NCBI GenBank assembly: GCA_051362555.1
Contig: CM120643.1
Coordinates: 2,852,001-2,916,000, forward strand
Length of the DNA stretch: 64,000 nt
Origin: Lingula anatina
Taxonomy: Eukaryota > Animalia > Brachiopoda
Reading direction: 5' to 3'
The notes under the pieces are model-generated. The model worked only from the letters and a program-made list of their open reading frames with translations, was not told the DNA's origin and searched no databases. A program made the position numbers and the translations under genes. Of this stretch, positions 48,605 through 60,600 are shown one piece after another (the stretch's first letter is position 1; each line of letters starts with the position of its first letter).

Positions 48605-50036
48605 CCATTTCCCTTTTTCTGTTATGTTGTGTTTGATCCAAGAATCCAATTAAAAAACGTTAATCTCGCTGATATTGAACTGAAAGACAATTTTCTTTGC
48701 AAAAAACTGAAATAAAAGGAAAAACAATAGGAAAATACCTTTAAATGTTTCAGAATACAACACAAATAAAAATTTTATCTATACTTATTATTTTTCCCGT
48801 TTAGCGCAAAAATAAGCAGTAATGTATAATTGTCGGTGAACAATAAAACATTTCTTAAATATCGCTTTGTTTTATTTGTCTCTCAAAATTCCTCTGACGC
48901 CATGGTTAGGCCTATTTTAATGGGAATGATAATTTGTGCTTTACTGGGGTTTATAATCCTATTTGTTTAGTAGAATAGTTTCTGGTCACTGTCTGTCAGT
49001 ATGATTTTGTCTATTTCTGATAGACAGTTGAGCATGCTTTCTCGCTTCTTCTTACACAGTTGATTTTATATAAATTTTTAAATAAAATAAGTTGATTTTA
49101 AATTAACATATAGCTGCAGAAAAAGATGCCTTTGCTTGTAGCAAAGGACTAATGAATATAATCCTAATGAAGACGTCACGAACACTTGTAGAAATGATCG
49201 TATTTGCTTCTTTTCATTTTGTAATATGATAATTTATAAACTAAGCGTTACACGACTTACAATGCGTTCATTATTTTACGTAAATTATGTAACAGATTAC
49301 TGCACAAGCTTCATCTTATAGCCAGGTGTTTATACATATGGCAATGAAAAGATAGACAAACTTTTAAGCTAGAAAATTTATTGAAACAGGAAGATGGTAC
49401 AACATATGCAGTTGGCTAATATGTCTGCAAAGTAGAAACGTGACATTTCCCCCCGATATTTCACTTTGAGACACTGAAAGCCCATATAAATACCAAGCAA
49501 CAAATATAAAACTACAAATCATTAGCCACCAACGTGAAGCTCTCTTCCAAGGCAATTTTCGCAAAGAAGGGCACCTATATTGTATAATTGATAGATTTTA
49601 CCCTATCAGGAAATCAGTAGCATCTTATCAGGAAAAAAACTGAGTTAAGCCACGATGTGTAACATCAAGAGAACTACATTCCTCCTGTGCTAAGATATCA
49701 CCAAGAACAGGTTTAAAATCAGAAGAATTGATAACAATTAAAATGCATAAAACCCTGCTTCAGAAAACTGCAAACATCAGGTAGGTATATCTTAGGAAAA
49801 CAATTCTTCACAAATGCACTATCTAAAAATCAGAAATCCTCAACATATCAAAAGCAGTGCAAACTTAAAAAACAACAACTTCCAAAGCAATTAACAATTT
49901 AACATGAAAGAGAAAATTTAGGCAGTAAATATTGACAGGTGTCACGTGGACACCTCAGTCTGGACACCTAGGAGGACACAGGTGACAAGTTAGTATGGCA
50001 CCTAATACACTGGCATTCTGCTCTCACTTCACTGTA

Positions 50037-50289
50037 AGATTGGGTTCCCATACCTAGATCGACTTAACAGGATCGATCCATCTCTGAGGGGTTTCTAGCT
50101 AAAGCTGCTAAAGCAGCTTAGATATCTGGCACACCTAATGAAGCTGCTTAATGATAATTAATTACCCACTAACAGCTTCAGTAGGCATGACAGACATCTA
50201 AGCCACTTAAGTTGATTGCAATTTTGCGAGAATCCCCTCAGAGATAGATCGCTCCACAGTTAATTTGATAGGGTCTGGAAATGGTCCCT
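50037..50289. mobile_element. Older family E-related MITE
   Basis: GATTGGGTTCCCATAC...GGAAATGGTCCC termini; related to 55519-55774. Confidence 0.65.
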
Positions 50290-50838
50290 TAGTCCCTCAC
50301 CAAAACGTCTAAATCTAATATACAATAAATATCGACATCTTTAAATACAATACATCCCAAAAGCTTTGCTTTTCCAGAGAGACTTTTTTACCAAAAACAG
50401 CATTAAAGCACACAGAGAACACTGCACTGAGTCTGACATGGACATTTTTACATGGCGACAATATATTACAATGCTTTTTGTATTCCTTACAAACTTTCCC
50501 ATATCAACAATGTCATCATGAAAACATATTAATATCTTACAACAAAGATTTTTTTAAAAAATCAGACGAAACTGATCTGTACAAGTTTCCTTCCCAGGAG
50601 AACTGCACTATACCGACTAATGTTATATACTTACAGCTAATACCAAACACTAACATTTTTATAAAAGTGGTTCAGATAAAAAAAACAACAACATAGTTTA
50701 GATAAGTTTGCCATAATCACAAAAAAATCTGCATAACTCAACACTGCTGCAAATGAAAGTCAGCATCCATGTGTTTTGGAGAACAATGGTATATACTTAA
50801 CACATTATCAAACATATATATTTCACAATCTCTCTCTA

Positions 50839-50870
<32 letters not shown>

Positions 50871-50876
50871 GACTTA

Positions 50877-51091
50877 GGCTGTATTCCCAGAGCTTTTAGA
50901 TCGATCTATCCCCGCGGGGAGTCTCACTAGATTACTGTCAGATAATCCGGCTTAAATGTCCGTCCCGCCTACTACAAGCTGTAAGGAGGTAATTAACTTT
51001 CGTATCCACTCGGCTGACAGCTATTTAGCGTGAACCCCCAGGGAGTTAGGTCGATCTAAAGTAGATCGATCTAATCTCTGGAAATGGGGTC
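50877..51091. mobile_element. Family E MITE
   Basis: GGCTGTATTCCCAGAG...CTCTGGAAATGGGGTC flanked by TTA/TAA; body matches 19120-19345. Confidence 0.8.
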
Positions 51092-51528
51092 TAAGAAGTA
51101 TAAAAGGTATCTATGCCAATTTATTACTAATTGGTCCATCTCAATTCACAACTATCATACATCTGTAACTAGCCAATTAATGCAATTAACTTACAGAAAA
51201 ATGTTGTTCCTAAAAATCACATTTTCACCGAGAAAAAAGACTGACAACAGAAAAAAAAATAAACATCACTGCTTCAAGAATACCAACTTTGACATTTGAC
51301 ATTTCTTACCAGACCAAGACTTGCATCAAATGACACAAAAGCAGCATGAAAAATTGTGGCATGAATACTCACTGGATAGTTAAACTTTCCACTCAAGAGC
51401 TCAATCCACCAGTTGCAAAATTCCCATAATCAATATCTGTTCATAATTACCATATCAAAAAATAAAAAAATTAACAAATAAACAAATATAATCTCTTTGT
51501 CTGCCAAATTAAATATCCCTCTTAAAAA

Positions 51529-51712
51529 TCTATTTTCTAAAAATCTATTTTCTATTCGCAGTATCTTGTGATCACTCTGAGTGCAGCTGAGAATTAATTA
51601 CAGCTTTGGAAGTAACTGGCTCGCGCTGCCAGTAATTACGCCGCGGGGTATTCAGGGCACAGACTGTGATCACAAGATACCGCGAATAGAAAATAGATTT
51701 TTAGAAAATAGA
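51529..51712. repeat. ~46-bp-arm inverted repeat downstream of the BTBD17-like stop codon
   Basis: TCTATTTTCTAAAAATCTATTTTCTATTCGCAGTATCTTGTGATCAC / GTGATCACAAGATACCGCGAATAGAAAATAGATTTTTAGAAAATAGA, one mismatch. Confidence 0.85.
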
Positions 51713-51801
51713 CTTGTCATGTGAACAGGGTCTTATAATTCTGGTGAGACTAATATCCCCTTTCTTTGCCATAAAAGTTTGTTTCATTTCTCCCTTTCTT
51801 T

Positions 51802-53978
51802 TCAAACTGGTTTTATGATGATCACAATTTTGAAGGTGGATTTCTCTGGACCTGTCAGATACGATGTGACTTTGCTATTGAGGTCGTTAAAAGGCACCAC
51901 ATCATTGAGATTACACACCGTCCATTCTCCATCAAACATGAACCTCTTATGTTTCACATTCCTGACGTATTCAATATTGCCCTCCTCTGCGAAGGCTAAC
52001 ACTGCAATGTCAACATGCCTGCAGGAAGAAGCGGATGACTTCACATTGGGGTCTTCTTTTGCCTGCAGAGCTAGACGGACATTTTCGTAGATAGTTTCCT
52101 CAATGTCGTAGTTCCTTTGCAAGCCTATCATGACACAGCCTTGGAAGTGGATACCTTTTGGGTACAAGTCGGCGCTCCATTCCCATTGGCTATTTTCATC
52201 TGCCTTCGACCCACTGACAGGTGTAGCGAAAATGATGGGTCTAACACTGTGCTCTGGTAATGTTGGGAAATTTTCGATGGAAAGAACGGTACTCCAGGTA
52301 TCACATGTGTAATTTCTTGGTCTGAACTCGTCGCAAACTCCACTGACACCAGCCATGCTTTTTCTGGCCTCCAGTGATGAAGAGTGGTACTCAGTGGCTA
52401 ATTTGATCTTTTGCTGAAGAAATGCTTGAAAGTCAGCAGACAAGGGATGATGATTTAGTTGCTCTAACTGCACTGGCGACATCATGGGGAATCTAATATG
52501 GGCCAATACTTGTAGGACAACATCGTGAAACATGGTAGACTTTTTTTGTGTTCTTGTGCATAGATGGGCCAACCAGTGACGGACACCAAGATAGAGTGTA
52601 AACTCATCACTAATCACTAACTCAGAACTACTAAGAAAGTGTATAAGTAAGTTCCTATCCATGAGGACGAAATCTGATGTCTGTATCACAGTTTCAAAAT
52701 TCCACGACACGAAGTTACTGCAGGCAACTTCAAGCTTACCATGCCCACAGATTTGTGCGTACTGTAACCATGAGACGACATACATTTCAGCAGGTGCAGC
52801 AACCATGTGTTCACACATAAAGTCTATGCACAACTGCCCAAGGTCATCAATGTTGTATTTGTCTGCCAGCATGAGTAAAGGCAATACAGTCCTGCTGTGT
52901 AATGAAATAACACCGGTGTACAGGTACCTCAGAAAATGCTGGAACACTGCGATACATTCGGGTTCCTCTTTGAGGACAATGCTGGCTTTATGAGCTTCTG
53001 GCCATCTTGGGTTCATTAACATAACTCTGAACACATCGCTGGCGCAGCTGAGTATTAGTCTGTGGGCTTGGAAAGTTTTGTGGCCAACTTTCAGAGTTAA
53101 ATCTGAAAGATCCTCCGATTCCAGTAAAATTCCAAGTTTGTGGACTACTGAAGAGGAGTTGTTGAACTTTGCCCCTCCTTCGCTAGACCAGGAGATGGGT
53201 GAAAGGCATATTTTCTTACAACTGCGGTTATATCCATAAAGTTGCTCATCCTGGTAGTCTTGTCTTTTGTTTTGATAGCTAGTTGCATAGCGACTGTTCT
53301 GTGTATTTTGCCAGGCATGGGGGCCTGTATTACATACCATACCTAGAAGAACATTGTAAGAATATGCATAATATGAATATTTCATGCTAACATATTGCTT
53401 GTCTTTTTTTTTTTCAGACATAGGGTATGCATGTACTATATGATTGTGCTATTCCATAATTAAAGGTTTAAATGAATAAAAGGGAAAATATGGTACTTGT
53501 GTGAAAAACTTTACAAATGAAAAACATTTCAACCTTCTTACAGCATACTTTGCCTATTAAGACGTATTAATTATTTCTATTCGAATTATTTTTACTTGCC
53601 AAACATCCCCAGGGGATTAAGGTATTCAGTTTTGTACACTCAGTAAGATATCGGACATACTACACGTCACATAATCAAGCAACCTTTTGCTTCAGTATGA
53701 ATTATCCCCTTGGTAATAAATTTCTATCTCAGCAGAGTGAAAGATAGTTAGAATGTAGGGGCATTTTATGGTCTACGCTGTACATTTCTGGTTATTGCAA
53801 AATACTGTAGCGATTTGGGGTATGTAGTGCCAGGGGCAGAAAACACACGGGAAAGTGTCCAACGAAACTATCACATCACTATGCCTAGTAGAATTTCAGT
53901 TAAAATATCTGTTTAGGAAAGAAAGCTGGTTTTGTTTAAAACAGCGACGAAAAATTAAGACTTACAGGAGGCAGCCAT
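51802..53978 (-). CDS. BTBD17: BTB/POZ-BACK domain protein, BTBD17-like, ~517 aa; exons 53978-53966 and 53342-51802
   Basis: BTB (SDLTLKVG..FQAHRLILSCASDVFRVML...FLRYLYTG...LADKYNI), BACK (LVISDEFTLY, IRFPMM), RPRNY, C-terminal WSADLYPKG. Exon 1 ATG GCT GCC TCC T|GTAAGT joins TTCTAG|GT ATG in frame. Confidence 0.82.
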
Positions 53979-54065
53979 CTTTAAAATGCCAGGATGAAGC
54001 TCCCCTCACGCCAACCCACGCATTCTCTCGTCGAAGCGTGGTTTACCCAACGGCTTGCAGTGAGT
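53979..54065. promoter_or_regulatory. Candidate compact bidirectional promoter (BTBD17-like / E2F4/5)
   Basis: 87 bp between divergent predicted start codons; CpG-enriched; YY1-like AAGATGGCTGC overlaps the minus-strand ATG. Confidence 0.65.
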
Positions 54066-57000
54066 ATGGCTGCGGATACCACGCCGAGTCGGCATGAGAA
54101 AAGTCTCGGTTTATTAACCACCAGATTCGTCTCACTTCTTCAGGAGGCAAAAGATGGCGTGCTCGATCTGAAAGTGGTGAGTTTGGGCAGTTTTACACAA
54201 ATCGGTATTAGAGAAATGTGTGAAATTTACGGTCCCGTTTCGAGAGGTCGCTGTGTTTACCTTTTTCATTGTTTGTATTCTGGGTCACCTTTTATATGCT
54301 GCATCCTACGCACTGATTGAACAATTTAAAATATCTGTCATTTTAATCACGTGTGCGTGGGATTTCAGCTGGGAATTCTTGACATATCCGTACGCCGATT
54401 ATCTTTCAAGTAGCATTCTCTATGTAGGTTGCATTTCCTATTCAAAACAACAGGTACCCCACGCACGGAAATCTGCATTCCACTCTGACTCCTGTTGACC
54501 CCACGCCGATTTAGCGTCCATTCAATACGTGTGACAAGGCGTTTAAATCGATATTCCACATATGTAGTCCACATATGTGCTGTGCTATGATACCTGCATA
54601 TTGGGCAAATGTGGAATCCTTGTATGAATGACGTTCATTCAGCAAAATATTTGCAACTTTGATATACTAGTAATTATACCAGTATAATGTCATATATAGT
54701 TTAATTCGACTATATTACACCACTATTCCTATCAGTATGTTCTATAAAGGCTGAACTGTAGTGGATATTATATGCCGTGAAAATATGCTTTGACAGAGTT
54801 GTGCATAAGCACATTGTATTGGTTGATTGTGATGTGGGGTTTCACTTTTGGGGGATTTTTTTGTGTCAATATACCACACCAAATATAGCACCAGACAGTG
54901 TCCCCATCCACTGTGATAAGCATATAGTATTATATAGCAGCAGGCCATAAAGATGACACAGTTGTACACATTTAGTAGTCTCTGTGGTAGCTGATTAAGG
55001 CACATTTGAGAGAGAACACACCAACACTCATTGTTCTACACCATTACCACCCTACACACCCCCATTCCACCTCCTCCCCCATAGTACCCTCAAGAGCCTC
55101 TTCTATCACCATCTACACTCTCACCACCTGCTATTATGCAAGACACCCTTCAGGCTAACTCCTCCTCTTCCCACATACCAGCTCAGTCATATCCACTGCT
55201 ATCCCCACCTCTCTCTCTCTCTCTCTCTCTCCTGTCCTCTCTTCAAGACAGCCACCACTACCAACCCCACCCCCAAACACACACACACACACCACATGTA
55301 CTGCTTCCCCCAGCTCTTTTCTCATAACTTGCTTTCCTTTCAAAACATACACAGTTAATCCCATTAGTAGTAAATGATGCCTCCCTCAGTCTTTCTCATA
55401 ATCTCCTAATTTGCCCTTTATTTCTCCCAGCAACACTAGCCTTACCTGCATGCCACACATGATCTTTCATTCCCGACACCAAACTGGACACTCATACAAA
55501 TTATCCTAAACACCACTTAGGGACCATTCCCACAGATATTTGGATCGATCTGTCTCCTTGGAAGTCTCACTAACTAGTAATCGCTATCAACCTAACCGGC
55601 TAAATGTCTGTTACACCTAGAGCTGTTAGGGGGTAATTACCTTACCCCCTAGCTGATTCAGTAGGCGTGACAGACATTTAAGCCTCTTGAGCTGATAGCA
55701 ATTTAGCGTGAACCCCCAAGGAGTTAGGTCGATCCAGATGGATCGATCTAAGTACTGTATGGGAACCCAGTCTTGGGTATAAATACACATGATTATCACT
55801 CCTCATAGAGCACTGATAGCAACATGAAACTGACCCTTTCAGTCTATCAAAATATCAGAATTCCAGGGCCTGCTAACTTCTGTATAAAACTGATAACACA
55901 AATATTTTCAAGTGAAGAGAAGCTTTGGTAGAATCTTTGATTTTATGCAAATCAGCAGATGAACAACATTCAAGAATTTTTGAATTTTTAAAAGTTATGA
56001 AACTGTGGCTGATTTATTTTCGGATTATATGTAGTGTGTGGCATGCAACAACAGTTATTTCTTCATTCACAGGTTTACAGTAAAATCTGATGATTGGCAA
56101 ATAGTGATTCTCAGTTGTAAGTTCTAGATCGCAGTTCTTCATCAGGACTGAAAAATATATTAGAAATTTTTCAGTTGAAATAACTGGTAAAGGCCTCCCA
56201 TGTCTGATATGGCACTAGTACAGTATAAGCCTCGAAGTGTTGTAATACCAAGTTTTGTAGGTTATGTTGTTACCATGGAAACTTTGCATTTTTCACCACA
56301 GTAACCATGTGTGTTTAAATCAAATGTTATTGACCTGGAATTGGTAGTTACTTTTATTAATGGGGACCAAAGTTTAAAACATCCTGGAAAATAATGGGAA
56401 AGGTGACTTTGGACTTAAGGAACCTTTGCAATTATTTGCAGTATTTAGAACTTTTGTACTTTTTGAAGTTTTCCATGCTGAGATTTTGTGCAGTTTTGGT
56501 TTTTTAGAAGTGCAGTTAGTTCAAAGGGCAGTCCCATACCTTAAAACACTATTTTTTGCCCTCTGGATTTTGTTTCTTGTCATGTTGTGGTACATGCTTA
56601 AAATGCTTTTGGTTTTATTGTGAAGTCATATTTGATTTAGTAAAGTTTAACCTTTCTAGTCACCTTGATTTACTGTGTTTTAAAAATGCATGTCTCAGCA
56701 TGTTAATTCCCTATAGATTCAGTTGATCAAAAGTTATGAATATTTTAAAGTTTTTTTTCAGTCATGAGAATTTGAGACACTCCTTTGCTGGTGTTGATTG
56801 CAGAACTGATTCTGTGCCCACCGCCCCCTGTCAGTTTCACAGTTAGCTTTACCTTAATTGATTGCCATGTTTGGCTTGTTAAAAACCTCTTTAATGGTGT
56901 GTGATTGTCACCATGCTGGGGCAGTTCATAGAAGTCTAATGCCCTTAAGTCCCATTTATTTACAGCATCAAACAGTTTAGCTTGTATTTGGTGCACTTGA

Positions 57001-57528
57001 CTGATATTTAACGCCAAGCACAAAACAGGTGTTAATGTTGTATAGTAGTACTACTAACAGTAACAATTTTCAATTACATTTGAGCCTGTAAAGCATATCA
57101 GGTTGTTATGCCATGTAACAAGGTTTTGAAATATTTAAAAGGCTAAATCATCTGAGCCAATTGATGCTGTATTTTAGTTATAGACCACAACAAACAAACC
57201 AGAAAAGTAACCTGTGTTGCTGCGTGATAAGATTTGTTAAATTTTTGTTTCATTGTGTGGCCAATGCATTCAGTGTATGAAACTTTGGTTGTAATTCATT
57301 TCGAGTCTTGGTGTGTGTAATTGAAGTTTCCAGACTACTTCAGTTGTTGACTATAAGAATGTTACAGAATTGAAACTTGAGATAAGTTGAAATAATGGGT
57401 ACTGTTGAGATTTGCATGCCTTTGCCTCTCAAATTGAAAAAAAAAAAGTTTGCATTAAAGTTAACTGCAACTTTTACATTATGCTAGAACTTCAATTATT
57501 GCAGCTACTTCTCATGAGATCAAAGTCC

Positions 57529-57623
<95 letters not shown>

Positions 57624-60600
57624 TATCAAGTGTTCAGTTTTCTAACCTGAACTGAATGTATTTATGTTATGTTATTGCAGGCAGCAGATACGTTAGCTGT
57701 AAGACAAAAAAGAAGAATCTACGATATCACGAATGTTTTGGAAGGAATTGGACTGATAGAGAAGAAATCAAAAAACAGTATACAATGGAAGTGAGTATAT
57801 CTGACTCTTTGGGAAAAATTATGGCATCTGGTGGTTTATTTAGTTGCTTGGCTGGTGATTTTCTACATTAGACAAAATGGTAATTTTGATAAGCTTACTG
57901 TATGGGCAGCTTTACATGGACAAGTGTTCTAAACTTACTGTTTCAAAAACAGACTTATGCAACAACAACCTGAATATACAAATTTCCTTACCCACAAAGC
58001 TATGCATAGTAAGCTAATGGTATTTCTAGAAGTGTCATTAGCTGAAAGAGTCCGCAGGTAGGAAATCAGAAAATGGAATTTCTGAAGATAACTCTTAATC
58101 TCACCAAGGTTAGACGTGAAACCTGCTTTGTGAAAACACAAAGAACATAAAATTCTTTATCTCACCAAGACTAGATGTGGATCATGACCAAGTTCCACGC
58201 TCTGCAAAGACACAGAAAAACTAAAACTGATGGTTGTCAGGCAGAGGGGACGAGCCTCTGTCTGCTAGCTTGGCAGCCTTATCTTAAAAGTTCACCCACT
58301 GTTTACGTAGGCTGTTTACACCGAGATTAGCTATGATTACTCTACCAATATACCCTGTACCTATCTGACTGATTGACTTGTTTATGTCACGGGGATAATC
58401 CCCCAGACCAAGAAAGGAAAATATTTGTTTACATACGATGAGCATTTGTGTTAATGAGGACTAGTTTGGCCCAAACCCCCGATTTGTATTTTTAAAGTGT
58501 AAAGATTCTAAGACAGAAAAAAGAGAATGTCTACTTTCAGTTGGTGCTTCATCTTTGTAGGTCTAATTTGTCATTGTAAAGAAGTTTTAATTCTCTGTCT
58601 GCATTTTGTTATTGATTAATTAAGATTTGGTAAAATTAGGGACCATTCCCTTAACCCTATCATACTTGCAAGATTGACCTATCTCCGAGGGGATTCTCGC
58701 TAAATTGCATTCAGTTTCTGCGTGCACCAAAGTTAATAACCCCCTAGCAGCTTCAGTGGGCATGACAGACATTTAAGCTGCTGAAACTGATTGAAATTTT
58801 GCACGAATCCTTTCAGAGTTAGATCGATCCTGCTAGTCTTAGACAACCAGTTGGCATCACGCTAGCAGTGTGTTTGCATTCACAACTCTTACTCTACTTG
58901 TTTCAGAGGAGCAGGGCCGGGCTGCAACACCCAAGAAATCTCCAACCGTCTAGTGGTGCTCAAACACGAGATGGAGGACTTGGACCGGAGGGAAAAAGAA
59001 CTCGACCAACACAAGATGTGGGTCCAACAAAGCATCAGGAACGTCACTGATGACCAGACCAATCACAAATATCCTTTCATCGGCAGGTGCTTGCAGTCTT
59101 AGAGACTGTTGATTTTTAAGTGTTCGTAAAATCTGAAAGTGTCTCTTATCAATGCTTGAAGTATCCTAGAGACGGGTGTTTGTTTATTTAATTTTTCAAG
59201 ATTGATATTTCTTATCCTTATCTCAAAAGATTCTCAAAATAATTTACGATTTTTTTTCCTTGTTTGTATTTCTGATGAAATTCCTTTTACGTTCATGAAA
59301 AACAGTCTAATAATTGCTTTAAAAGGGTGCTTGTAGTTTAGAAATGTGGTGATTTATTTGAATTTTTAGCATGAAATTACTAGCTTAGATATCATGTAAT
59401 CATTGTTGTCTGTGGTATCTACTACTCAGCAGTTTGTGAATTGTCCAGAAAAAGACAGAATAAATAAATCTCCTCCCCCCCCAACTTTTGAATCAAAATT
59501 ATTTTCAGTTATAGATGTGATGCATTCTTTTTTAAAAATGGAAAGGAGAATTTGAACTCTAACTTATCTTGCCTTAACCTTAAGTTACATTGGCCTACGT
59601 CACCCACGAAGATATCTGCAAATGTTTCAAAGGTGATACTTTACTAGCCATCCAGGCCCCCTCAGGAACACAGCTAGAAGTACCAATACCAGAGGGGGTG
59701 AGTAGAGAAGGGGGAATTGCCATTCAGATCAGCTTGGTTGTTGTACTTGATTTCAGATGATGATTGAGAATATTGTCGTACTTTAACCAAGACTAAAATG
59801 TTACAGGCAACAAGGTATGGCAAAATGCTGTGGGCAACATTTTCCATACTTCTCAATTTTAATATAACATGAGCTGAACATTTGAGAATATAAGTAAGGA
59901 TATGATAGCATTTCTTCAGATGTAAAGCATTCACTCCATGTGAAGTTTACATGTAAGTAAATGGACTAAAATAGAAAAATCAATAAAAATGTGAAAATAG
60001 AAGTTATGATGAAATCTTATGAGCTTTTCAATAAAATCATCATCTTAAAATATTTTATTGCATTTCTTTCCAGGTTCACATAGGAGGTTTCACAGAGCCT
60101 GTCAGACCAGATTTAACTTCACTATTAGTAAGTATTACCCCCCCCCCCCTGCCAACACGCACATACACATACTCACTCACACACATGCACACAATTATCA
60201 TCCTGTCATTTAACAAACTACAGGAGCTATAAAATTATATTCCTCAGAGTGGAATTTAAGACTAACAAATAGTTGTGCCTGTCTATATTTGATGTCTGAT
60301 TCTGTGCAGTGTAAATGGCTTAAAAAGGAATTGTGGGAATACTTGTTACAGTGAATCTCTCGGCAGTTAGCATTTCACTCTCGTGCATGACAGGCCTCTT
60401 CTCAAAACTGAATGTTTGTGCTCAGCAGAGCTTTTCCCAGGATTGGGGGTACATGCCGTGCAAAATTACCACCTGTAAATTCCTACAAAATTTCAGGGAG
60501 TCCAAGTATGCCTTAAGCCATCATATTTCAAAAAAAAAAAAAAATCCATATGATGTCCAGCCTTCTTTGAAAATTTAGGCTGTTCGGTGATGCTGGCGGC

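Noticed and set aside
53343-53421. N-terminal extension MSEKKKDKQY... of the BTB ORF
   Set aside because: Lies upstream of the TTCTAG acceptor and reads as AT-rich intron; an in-frame exon 1 exists at 53978-53966.
53994-54065. In-frame upstream ATG extending E2F by 24 aa
   Set aside because: Only 15 bp from the opposite gene's ATG and not E2F-like; probably outside the transcript, though not excluded.
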